In this document: piece by piece, positions 8,319-16,416 of the stretch
Position numbering within the stretch: the first letter of the stretch is position 1
Layout: each line of letters begins with the position of its first letter
Origin: Candidatus Hadarchaeales archaeon
GTDB taxonomy: Archaea > Hadarchaeota > Hadarchaeia > Hadarchaeales > Hadarchaeaceae
Direction of reading: 5' to 3'
DNA length: 18,922 nucleotides
Assembly: GCA_038851565.1 (NCBI GenBank)
Contig: JAWCKV010000018.1
Span: 1-18,922 of the forward strand
Position numbers and translations under genes: made by a program
Notes under the pieces: model-generated
Told to the model about the DNA's origin: nothing
Databases searched by the model: none
What the model saw: the letters and a program-made list of their open reading frames with translations, nothing else

Positions 8319-10137
8319 AAAGAGAAGCGTTGCCCTGCTCATCCTGCTCGTCCTCCTGTCAGCGCTCGCTGTTTGGAGTCCCTGGAAGCCAGTTGACCAG
8401 AACGCGAGGGATGCTATAGGGTGGCCGGCAGATTACACCAGGGGGCTGAGATTTGGGGTGGATATAATCGGAGGCTCAAGGATAACGCTAGAACTCAAGG
8501 TATCCAGAGCAACATTTCTGGTAACCGCAGCCAACCCGGAGAACGTGTGGTGGCAGGATATAGTTCCCAGGATAGAGGACAACCTGTACGTGAACGTCCG
8601 CACGATATCCCTTGACCCTGCATCGGGCACTGCGGTGGCGGAGATAGGAAGAAATGTGACGGAGAACCTCCTGGAGAGCATCGTCGGAGAGCTGGCCGAC
8701 GTGGTGGCGATAGAGAGGACGGCGACAGAGGAAACCGTGAACGACGTGGTCTCGGTCCTCACTGCCAGGGTCGACCCCTACGGGACGCTTGGCACGAGCT
8801 TCACCCCGCTGGGGGCAAATCTTGTCCTATTCGAGGTGGCCGGGCTTCCGATCGAACAGGCTAAGGCGCTCCTGGGCAAGCCCGGAAAGCTTGAGGTCTT
8901 CATGGACGAGAACCTGCTCCTGCGCGGTGGGGACATAGTGAGCGTTGGCACGCCGTACAGGAGCACGCAGAGGCAGAACTCCGTAGAGCTCCCCTTCAGG
9001 CTCAACGATGAGGGAGCAGCCAGATTCAGCGCAGCGGCGGCGGGAAAGGCCAACTACCCGACCGTGATATATGTGGACAGACCGGCCGACTCGATACTCC
9101 TCTTCGACGAATCGCTTCTCTTGACGCTCCACGAGCTCGAGTACGACGAGGAGGGCATGAAGTTCAGGGGCAGCACAGGAGGGGGAATTCCATATCCGAT
9201 CCTCGTCACCGCCGTAAAGTCACCAAAGGACTCCCTCTCCGGGGACGCGGCAGACTTCCTGCTCTCACAGGTGGGCCTGAAGTCGAGGGTGATACTTCTC
9301 GGCGACTTCTCGCGGTCTGTAGTTGAGAACCTGGAGAACGCGTACTCCGTGGTGAGCATTCCGAGGAACTCCGGGGAGAGCGTGAAGAGCTGGATAGAGA
9401 GGGCCTGCGGCCTCAAGAGCGTGGTCGTGATCAGCCCGGAGCTCGCCTCTGATCTCCAGCAGGGAAAAATGGTGAGGGACCTGACGATCACCATAACCAG
9501 GGAAACCTTGGACGAGGCCATGCAGGAGGCAAAGAACCTCAAGATAGTCCTCTCGGAGCGCCTTCCGGTGGAGGTGGAATACGTGAGCGAGACCTCAATA
9601 GAGCCCAGGCTTGGATCGCAATTCCTGAGGGAGGCGCTCTATGCGGGAATATTCTCGCTGATCGGGGTCTTTGTTCTGGTGTTCGTCTGGTACAGAAGAC
9701 TCCTCCTGTCCTCGGCGGTCATGATAACAATGCTCTCCGAGCTGATCATCACGCTGGGGGCTGCGTCCGTGCTGAACTGGTCAATAGGGCTGCCGGAGCT
9801 CGGAGCGCTCGTGATAGTCATAGGCACCGGCGTGGACCATCAGATAATAATAACGAACGAGCTGCTGAGGGGTGGTCTGCCCCAGGCTGGCGCCCCTGGC
9901 CTAGGGTGGCGCATCTCCCGCGCCTTTTCGGTGATATTCGCCGCCGCCGCAACCACCGCCGCAGCCATGATGATGCTCGCCATTCTCGGCTTCGGCGCGA
10001 TGAGGGGCTTCGCCCTCATAACTATAACAGGCACCCTGATAGCGGTCCTCATCACTAGGCCAGCGTTCGCGAACATCGCGAGCGCGGTGATCCTCTGGCG
10101 CGGGATGAGGATCAGGGCGAAAACAGGACAAGGATGA
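8305..10137 (+). CDS. secD: protein-export membrane protein SecD
   Basis: GLRFGVDIIGGSRITLEL, RVDPYG, LLGKPGKLE, I.PRLG, IGTGVDHQIIITNE, MRGFALITITG.L...ITRPAF; overlaps the secF stop. Confidence 0.94.
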   Translation: MSLFRKRSVALLILLVLLSALAVWSPWKPVDQNARDAIGWPADYTRGLRFGVDIIGGSRITLELKVSRATFLVTAANPENVWWQDIVPRIEDNLYVNVRTISLDPASGTAVAEIGRNVTENLLESIVGELADVVAIERTATEETVNDVVSVLTARVDPYGTLGTSFTPLGANLVLFEVAGLPIEQAKALLGKPGKLEVFMDENLLLRGGDIVSVGTPYRSTQRQNSVELPFRLNDEGAARFSAAAAGKANYPTVIYVDRPADSILLFDESLLLTLHELEYDEEGMKFRGSTGGGIPYPILVTAVKSPKDSLSGDAADFLLSQVGLKSRVILLGDFSRSVVENLENAYSVVSIPRNSGESVKSWIERACGLKSVVVISPELASDLQQGKMVRDLTITITRETLDEAMQEAKNLKIVLSERLPVEVEYVSETSIEPRLGSQFLREALYAGIFSLIGVFVLVFVWYRRLLLSSAVMITMLSELIITLGAASVLNWSIGLPELGALVIVIGTGVDHQIIITNELLRGGLPQAGAPGLGWRISRAFSVIFAAAATTAAAMMMLAILGFGAMRGFALITITGTLIAVLITRPAFANIASAVILWRGMRIRAKTGQG

Positions 10138-10399
10138 TCGTCAGGGACAGGGACAGCGCCCCCAGCATCCCCGTGTAGCCCAGGAAGAAACTGTGGAAAC
10201 CGAGACCCCTGAGCGCACGGCCGAACATCGCGCAGAGGAATGCTGAGCAGGCGAAGCAGAACCAAATCGTTGCCAGTGACACGACTGCCGGGTTGATTCC
10301 CCCGATGATGAGGAGAAACGCCAGGAAGCCAGCAACCGACAGCGCCAGGGCGAAGGGGTAGAATACCAGGAGAAAAACGTGAAATCTGCGCGAATCCAT
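10112..10399 (-). CDS. small hypothetical membrane protein (about 3 TM helices), last gene of the atp minus-strand unit
   Basis: 95-aa hydrophobic ORF; ATG 5 nt after a GGTGA that overlaps the DUF61 stop; fills the gap between secD and DUF61. Confidence 0.7.
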   Translation of the reverse strand: MDSRRFHVFLLVFYPFALALSVAGFLAFLLIIGGINPAVVSLATIWFCFACSAFLCAMFGRALRGLGFHSFFLGYTGMLGALSLSLTIILVLFSP

Positions 10400-10404
10400 G
10401 TCCC

Positions 10405-10800
10405 TCACCTGGAAAACGCATACTGGGTGGTCGTGGGAAATCTGCTCCTGACGGCTGATATCTCCGGACCGTATATCACTATCTCACTTCCCTCCGCCCT
10501 CTTTCCCAGGACCGAGCAGATCACCTTCACCTCCAAATCCCCCCTCACGACCGCAGCGCCGCTCCCCAGGCTCCTCGTCATCCATATCAGGATTGGAAGC
10601 CTCAGCTCGCCCCAGCTCTTCTCAGACAGGAGCCCTGATAGATCCCTGAGTTCCTCCCTCCGGAAGGAGTGAAACGTTCCGCTCCTGGTCTCCACGCCCG
10701 GCCTTTCAGCCCTGAGGGCTTCAGCTAGGGAAATGTGGGCCCTGGGAAGGTGCGCGTTGAGCCTGGAGAGCTCAAGCTCTATCAGACGCTCTGGGTCCAT
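10405..10800 (-). CDS. DUF61 / UPF0216 family protein
   Basis: ELSRLNAHLP...SLAEAL...HSFRREEL..L...LRLPILI...RFPTTTQYAF pattern; SD GGAGGAG; overlaps the atpD end. Confidence 0.8.
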   Translation of the reverse strand: MDPERLIELELSRLNAHLPRAHISLAEALRAERPGVETRSGTFHSFRREELRDLSGLLSEKSWGELRLPILIWMTRSLGSGAAVVRGDLEVKVICSVLGKRAEGSEIVIYGPEISAVRSRFPTTTQYAFSR

Positions 10801-11435
10801 GACCGCTCCTCCATGATCTTCTTTATTCTCTTGAGGCGCGAGAAGTTCTCCCTCTCCATCTCGTCGAGGCGCATCATGATGAACTTTATCGCCTCCCTCA
10901 GCCTCGGTATCAGCACGTACTCCAGCGAGTTCACCCTCCTCTTCGTGGCCTCGAGCTCCTCGGCTATCGCGAGCGCCTCGGCCTCTGCCTCAGCAAGAGG
11001 GACAAGCAGATCCAGCGCTGCCTCGAACTCCTTTGCAGCTGCATCGAGGAGGGAGGAGGTGTCGTGCAGGCTGTAGCCCCTGCTGAGGGCACCGCGGAGG
11101 GCAGAGTGCCCCTCGAGGACAGGGAGGATTATCCCCATGAGGTTGCGCGTTGAGGTCTCCAGATCTGCACCCTTCGTGCACTCCCTGGCCGCCTGAATCG
11201 TCTCCTGGGTCCCGATGTCAGCGAAACAGAGTGAGAGAGCACGGTGGGCCCTGCCCAGCTGCTCGAAAGCTCTTTTCCTGAGATCCTTTATCTTCCTGAG
11301 GGAGGCGAAGAGTTCCACCACGAGCGCATCCATCTTCTCCTCGAGAAGGTCGTGTCCCGTCCTGGCCAGGGCCTCCCTCTTCCTGAGCCTTATCAGCTCG
11401 GTCCTGGTCGGAGAAAGCTCTGAAGCGGTTGCCAT
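10782..11435 (-). CDS. atpD: A/V-type ATP synthase subunit D (central stalk)
   Basis: PTRTELIRLRKR..LA..GHDLLEEKMDAL, NLMGIILP, TKRRVNSLEYVLIP, LDEMERENFSRLKRIK. ATG 11435 after GAGGTGA. Confidence 0.96.
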   Translation of the reverse strand: MATASELSPTRTELIRLRKREALARTGHDLLEEKMDALVVELFASLRKIKDLRKRAFEQLGRAHRALSLCFADIGTQETIQAARECTKGADLETSTRNLMGIILPVLEGHSALRGALSRGYSLHDTSSLLDAAAKEFEAALDLLVPLAEAEAEALAIAEELEATKRRVNSLEYVLIPRLREAIKFIMMRLDEMERENFSRLKRIKKIMEERSWTQSV

Positions 11436-11440
11436 GCTGT

Positions 11441-11770
11441 TCACCTCTCCACGGTTATCTCCGAGCCTATCGTCCTTCTCAAGCGCTCGCCCAGCTCGTC
11501 CGCCTTCGGCACATAGCCGGAGCCGTCCGGTATCATCAACACAACAGGAAAGATCCCCTTGGACCTCATGAGCCCTCTCAATTCCTCTCCCAGCTCCTCC
11601 GCCACGCGGTACGTGATCATCACGAGGCCAACTTCCTCAGATGAGACAAGATCCCTCAATGCACGGAGGGTCGACTCCCTGTCAGAATGCGAGTGGCCCA
11701 AGTGGACCCCGGCCAAAAACATGCCCGCTACCGTGGATCTGTCGCCAATCACGGCCATCTTACGCCCCAA
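11441..11770 (-). CDS. atpF: A/V-type ATP synthase subunit F
   Basis: KMAVIGDRSTVAGMFLAGV, VGLVMIT, PVVLMIPD, RRTIGSEI. Confidence 0.93.
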   Translation of the reverse strand: MGRKMAVIGDRSTVAGMFLAGVHLGHSHSDRESTLRALRDLVSSEEVGLVMITYRVAEELGEELRGLMRSKGIFPVVLMIPDGSGYVPKADELGERLRRTIGSEITVER

Positions 11771-12890
11771 CCATCATCCCCTCCAGCGTCCTCCTGACCG
11801 CACCCGGTTCAGCGCCGTCGAACTTCAGCCTGTATATCGTCCTTAGTTTCTTCAGCTCGTGCTCCTTCTGGGCAATGTATGAGATCGCCGGGGCCACTGT
11901 GAAGAACCTCGTCATGGCAAGCCATCTGAAAAGCCTTATCCTGCCCCTCTCGAGGGCTGCCTCGGCGGCGGTGGCCCCCTTTTCGCCTATCTCCCCTGAA
12001 ACCTCGGAAAGCACCCTGCCGACGGTTGTTATGTGTATCATGTTTATTGCGGAAGCGAGATCCTCGGCCATTACCATGGCGCGAAGCATCTCCTCGTTCA
12101 GCTCGTGTGATGGCCTGACAATACATGCGCTGATCTCCTCCGGGGGCGCTCGCTCCTGCTTAAGCCTGAGGATGAGCCTGGCGTTTAGCGAGTCCAACTC
12201 ATATCCGATCATCTCCCTCATAACCTTTCGCTGGTCGCGCCTGCCGAGCACGTCGCTCCAGAGCGAGGACCAGTAGTGCCTGTCCAGGGCAAGCAGAAGG
12301 GCCCTCAAGCCCTCCCTCCGGTACGCCTCCATGGCACCAGATATGACGTGGTGATATTCACTTCCCCTCAAGTACTCCAGCAGCTCCTCGAGCGTCCTCG
12401 CGGATGCGAGCATCTCAAGGCGCTCACGCGACATGGTGGGGGAGGGCATCAGCTCCCTCGCCCTATCGCCGGGCGTGACCCCAGAGTGTATCATCGAAAT
12501 TATCGCCTTGAGGTTCCACACATCGATTCTGGAGAGAATCCTCGCCACTGTCGCCCTGCGTCCCTTGGGCAGCATCCCCAAGAGTTCCCTGTACCTTGCG
12601 TTCGCGTTCTCCCTCAGCGCCCTCTCGAATTCCAGCGGATCCACCGGGGCCGATCTCCTGAGCTCCGCAATCTGCTCCCTGTACTCGCTCTCCTCAAGGG
12701 CTGAGAGCACGGCCTCCGCTGATGGGGCGCCTGCGAGCTCCGCCAGCTTTGACTCGGGCAGAAATCTGGCTTCCCAGGCGCTCAGCGTTGCGTTGCAAAA
12801 AACATACGGCATTGAGCGTCTGGCAAGCAGGACGAAGGCCAGAAAAAGGGCCGCGACCAGCCCCAGTATGAGAATCGGCGCCTCGATCAT
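11760..12890 (-). CDS. atpC: A/V-type ATP synthase subunit C
   Basis: N-terminal hydrophobic segment, PY..NA...A.EARFL, DVWNLKAII, LDRHYW, ELDSLN..LILRLK, SYIAQKEHELKKLRTI; position between E and F. Confidence 0.92.
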   Translation of the reverse strand: MIEAPILILGLVAALFLAFVLLARRSMPYVFCNATLSAWEARFLPESKLAELAGAPSAEAVLSALEESEYREQIAELRRSAPVDPLEFERALRENANARYRELLGMLPKGRRATVARILSRIDVWNLKAIISMIHSGVTPGDRARELMPSPTMSRERLEMLASARTLEELLEYLRGSEYHHVISGAMEAYRREGLRALLLALDRHYWSSLWSDVLGRRDQRKVMREMIGYELDSLNARLILRLKQERAPPEEISACIVRPSHELNEEMLRAMVMAEDLASAINMIHITTVGRVLSEVSGEIGEKGATAAEAALERGRIRLFRWLAMTRFFTVAPAISYIAQKEHELKKLRTIYRLKFDGAEPGAVRRTLEGMMVGA

Positions 12891-12891
12891 C

Positions 12892-13500
12892 TCAATCCTT
12901 GAACAGAGTTTCTGCCACCTTCACCCTGAGGGACTCCATCTCCCGCGCAAGTCTTCCCTCGAAGGTCTCATCCAGCTCAACCCTCAAATCCGGAGCCACA
13001 ACCCTCACCCCTCCCGTGACAATTATGGGATCGCCCAGCGCCAAAGAGGCACCCGTCTCCCTCTCTATTGTCCTCTTTTCCCTCTCAATTATGCCAAGAT
13101 CCCTCCTGTTTGTCCTTACCACGACCTTCCTCGCGCCAATGCCCTTCACCGCCTTTTTCACGATCCTCACCAGATCCTCCTCGTATTTCCTAGACCTCAC
13201 GTGCTCCTCCAGTTCTTTCCTCGCCCTGGCGAAAACCGACTCGATCAGCTCCTCCCTCCTTCTCAGGATCTCCTTCTTGATCCTCAGCCTCCCCTCAGAC
13301 AAGATCCTCTCCATCTCGGCAGCCCCCATCCTCTCGGCCTCCCTGAGCCTTGCCTCCTCGGTCTCCTTTGCGGTTATCTTGGCGGCCTCCAGGGTCGCCT
13401 CGGCCTCCTTTCTGGCCTCGGCCACTATCCGCTCGGCCTCCTCCCTCGCCTCCTTTATTATGTCCTCGGCAATGAGCTGCGCCCCTCTCTCTGACTGCAG
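12892..13500 (-). CDS. atpE: A/V-type ATP synthase subunit E (peripheral stalk)
   Basis: Long E/R/A-rich helix then GGVRVV..D.RVELDETFEGRL. The frame extends upstream of the ORF-track GTG (13425) through GAQLIAEDIIKEAREEAERI to CTG 13500 behind GGAGGCGG. Confidence 0.92.
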   Translation of the reverse strand: MQSERGAQLIAEDIIKEAREEAERIVAEARKEAEATLEAAKITAKETEEARLREAERMGAAEMERILSEGRLRIKKEILRRREELIESVFARARKELEEHVRSRKYEEDLVRIVKKAVKGIGARKVVVRTNRRDLGIIEREKRTIERETGASLALGDPIIVTGGVRVVAPDLRVELDETFEGRLAREMESLRVKVAETLFKD

Positions 13501-13513
13501 GGAACCGCCTCCC

Positions 13514-13999
13514 TCATATGGCGCCTATCGTGGTGAGCAAAAGTATGGTGGCGAGGAGTCCGAGGATCGCGTACAGCTCAACCATCACGATGTAGAGCAT
13601 TCCCTGGGAGAAGACCTCTGGCCTTTTCGCTATCGCGCCCACCCCTGCCGTCGCGACCATGCCCTGAGCGTAAGAGGTTATCCCCTGAAGGATGGCCGGA
13701 ATGGCGGCCGCGAGGACGCCGAGACCAAGCCAGGAGGTTGCAGGGTCGGCCAGCTTCCCGGACACCGCAGGATATGCGACGAACATTATGAGGAAGCCCG
13801 CAACGAAGCCGTATATCCCCTGGGTTCCAGGCATGACCTGGTAGACGAAGAGCCTGGAGAACTTCTTCGGATCCTCGGCCGAAACCGCTGCGGCCGCCAC
13901 GCCTGTCATGCCGACTCCGAGCGCTGCGAATATCCCGGGTATGGCCACGCACAGCCCGGCAGCCACCACGACCCAGAGCTCCTCACCGGCCAACAGCAC
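13514..13999 (-). CDS. atpK: A/V-type ATP synthase subunit K (c, proteolipid), four-TM V-type
   Basis: Two hairpin repeats; EDPKKF, MPGTQGIYG, AQG, MVELYAILG. Confidence 0.96.
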   Translation of the reverse strand: MLLAGEELWVVVAAGLCVAIPGIFAALGVGMTGVAAAAVSAEDPKKFSRLFVYQVMPGTQGIYGFVAGFLIMFVAYPAVSGKLADPATSWLGLGVLAAAIPAILQGITSYAQGMVATAGVGAIAKRPEVFSQGMLYIVMVELYAILGLLATILLLTTIGAI

Positions 14000-16022
14000 C
14001 CGCCCCCTTTATCCTCGTGATGCTCCTCTTGACCGCAAACGGTTTAAATTCTTCCCCTCCGCCCTCATAAAACTTGCTGAAGAACTCCGCAAAGTGCAGC
14101 CTCAGCGTGTGGACGAATGCTCCCAGAGAATTGAGGAATATGTTGAAGGAGTGGGCGATGAAGAACATGAAGCCGAAGGCTATGGCGAGCACGCAGATGT
14201 ATACCGCGGTGAGGGGGTTTATTTGTGCGGGAGCTATTCCGTTCCATATGAAGCCGAGTATGAAGTTTATCGAGAAGGCTATCACTCCGCTCGCTATGCA
14301 GAGGGCCAGAAGCCTGCAGTAAGAGGTGACGTCCGCTATCAGCCCCGTTATCCCGTAAACCGAGTTCACCGCACCGCCCACCTTGCCCCTCACTCCGGAT
14401 CCGCCTACCGCCGCCCCCGCCACGCCCAGGGCAAGGCCGGAGTAGAACATGAGCCTGAACGCGGCCACCGTGCCCGGGGCAGGGGATAGCGGATTGAAGG
14501 CGTCGAAGAGCCCCACCTTCGGGAAGGAGAAGTTTATGCCGAACTCGTACAGCCCTATCCCCAGGATGCAGAAGCTGAGCCCGAAGAATCCCAGCAGAAG
14601 CAGCACCTTGGACAGCCTTTCGAAGGCTATGTTCCTCCAGTTCCTGTTGAAGATGTCCTTCAACACGCCGGTAAGCCCCAGGCCGAGCAGCAGATGCGCT
14701 ATTCCTATGAATATCGTGAGCTTGAGCAGCGGGACCGGTCTCTCGATGGGATTGACCCACGCGCCCTCCCCCAGTCCGAACCATCCCCCGACCAGCAGAC
14801 CCGCCACCACGGCGCATATCCCGGAGACCACCATGACCTTCCTGAGGCTCATCGGGAAGGCCTTCGCTATCCACACGCCAGATGCCATGAAGAGCGCCAG
14901 CGCGAGCCCGTATCCGGCGTCCGAGAGAGCTATTGCGAAGAATATCGGAAAGGTGAAGCTCAACACGGGCGTTGGGTCCGCTTCCCTGTACTTCGGCATC
15001 CCGTACATCTTCGTTATGTACTCGAAGTTGCTGATGCCTGGGGGGTTCTCGAACTTGGAGGGAACCGATTCCACCTCCTCACCTGTGGGCTCGTAGGACC
15101 TCAAAACGTATTTTCCGCCTGTCGCGGCCGCCAGCACCCTCTCGACCCTCTCCAGTCCCCTCCCCGGCACCCAGCCCTCGATCACCACCGTGGACTCAGT
15201 CCTTCCGAAGAGCCTCCTCGCATCAAGCCTTTCCCTCTGTATCTCCAGGAGTTCCCTGATCGCGGCTATCCTCGCCCCGTGCTTCCTGGAGATGCGCTGA
15301 ATCGCCTTTCTCACCTCCTCTATTTTGAAGTCGATCTCCCTGATGGCATCCTCGAGCTCCCGCATCACATCATACGGAGCGCCCCTCACCTCCGGAACCT
15401 CAAGAAGCTCAACCTCGTACCTGTACAGCAGTGGAGACACTCTCTCCCTATCCCTGGAGAGGCAGGCCATCAGGACGAGCCTCCGCCTCCCGGACCCGAA
15501 GGACTCCACCACAACCCTCTCCAGAAGCGAGGAGCGCATCTCCGAGATGAACCCGCTGAGGTTCTCCTCCGCAATCTCGCCCACTCCTATCCAAACCCTG
15601 CCGGTGGAGCGCAGGCACTCCATCTCGGCGCCAAGATCCGCCAGCCGCCTCACGGCCTGCTGCCTCGCGACCAGCTTGGATCTCTCGGCCTCGAGCGAGC
15701 GCATTCTCTCCCTCAGCGAGGAAATCCTCGGCCAGAACCTTTCCCCTGTCCTCCTCGCCAGGGCCAGGACCTCTGAAAAACCCATCTCGCGCACCGCCAC
15801 CGATCTGGGAGCCGGGCCAAGGAGTTCCTCCATCTCCTTGAACCTCGAAAGCAGCGAAGATACCTCGTTGATCTCCTCTCCCAACGCCATCCTCGCGAAC
15901 TCCTGATCTGAGACCTCCCTGAGCTGAACGACGCCGGCCTCGTGGAGAGCGCCCACGACTCTCTCGCACTCGCTTTTCAGGAAGACGCACTTAAACCTGC
16001 GCATGCGGGCGGTTCTGAACGT
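13983..16022 (-). CDS. atpI: A/V-type ATP synthase subunit I (a)
   Basis: LHEAGVVQL, IEGWVP, MYGMPKYREADPTP, SDAGYG, DVTSYCRLLAL (essential Arg), HTLRLHFAEFFSKFYEGGG. Start either ACG 16022 (FRTARM) or ATG 16004. Confidence 0.97.
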   Translation of the reverse strand, partial: TFRTARMRRFKCVFLKSECERVVGALHEAGVVQLREVSDQEFARMALGEEINEVSSLLSRFKEMEELLGPAPRSVAVREMGFSEVLALARRTGERFWPRISSLRERMRSLEAERSKLVARQQAVRRLADLGAEMECLRSTGRVWIGVGEIAEENLSGFISEMRSSLLERVVVESFGSGRRRLVLMACLSRDRERVSPLLYRYEVELLEVPEVRGAPYDVMRELEDAIREIDFKIEEVRKAIQRISRKHGARIAAIRELLEIQRERLDARRLFGRTESTVVIEGWVPGRGLERVERVLAAATGGKYVLRSYEPTGEEVESVPSKFENPPGISNFEYITKMYGMPKYREADPTPVLSFTFPIFFAIALSDAGYGLALALFMASGVWIAKAFPMSLRKVMVVSGICAVVAGLLVGGWFGLGEGAWVNPIERPVPLLKLTIFIGIAHLLLGLGLTGVLKDIFNRNWRNIAFERLSKVLLLLGFFGLSFCILGIGLYEFGINFSFPKVGLFDAFNPLSPAPGTVAAFRLMFYSGLALGVAGAAVGGSGVRGKVGGAVNSVYGITGLIADVTSYCRLLALCIASGVIAFSINFILGFIWNGIAPAQINPLTAVYICVLAIAFGFMFFIAHSFNIFLNSLGAFVHTLRLHFAEFFSKFYEGGGEEFKPFAVKRSITRIKGAGAVGR

Positions 16023-16026
16023 CCTC

Positions 16027-16338
16027 TCACCCCAGCACGGATTTCAGCACGAGGTCCACCGCGGCTGCCATGCTCCTCTCCGCGGATCTCTCCATCTCCT
16101 GAACCCTCCTCCCCGCATCATCCTCCATCCTGGCCATCTCCTCCTCGGCCATCCTCCTGTACTCCTCAAGTATCTCCGAGGCCCTCCTCGATGCCCTTTT
16201 CTCCGCCTCTGCCTTCAGGGACTCCGCCTCCCTCCTGGCGGACTCTATTATCCTCACGGCCTCCCTCTTTGCCGACTCCACTATTAGCCTGGCGCGCTCC
16301 TCCGCCTCAAAAACAGCCCTCAGGGCCTCCCTCACCAT
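16027..16338 (-). CDS. atpH: A/V-type ATP synthase subunit H (G-like peripheral stalk)
   Basis: 103-aa charged coiled coil (EAEERARLIVESAKREA...AVDLVLKSVLG), first gene before subunit I. Confidence 0.88.
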   Translation of the reverse strand: MVREALRAVFEAEERARLIVESAKREAVRIIESARREAESLKAEAEKRASRRASEILEEYRRMAEEEMARMEDDAGRRVQEMERSAERSMAAAVDLVLKSVLG

Positions 16339-16416
16339 CCTGCGCCCCTTTACCCATAGCCAGAGGAGATAAAAAAGTATATTCGGATGATGAGCAATCT
16401 TTAAGGCGTCAGGGGG
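16339..16416. promoter_or_regulatory. bidirectional promoter region atpH / atpA
   Basis: 78-bp spacer with AT-rich block ATAAAAAAGTATATT (16369-16383) that reads BRE/TATA-like in both orientations, plus CTTTAAGG at 16399-16406. Confidence 0.5.

Noticed and set aside
12433..15906. Long plus-strand ORFs (353, 373, 360, 215, 193 aa) opposite the atp genes
   Set aside because: Ser/Leu/Pro-rich or His/Pro-rich reverse-complement translations expected from GC- and purine-biased codon use; fully overlapped by conserved genes.
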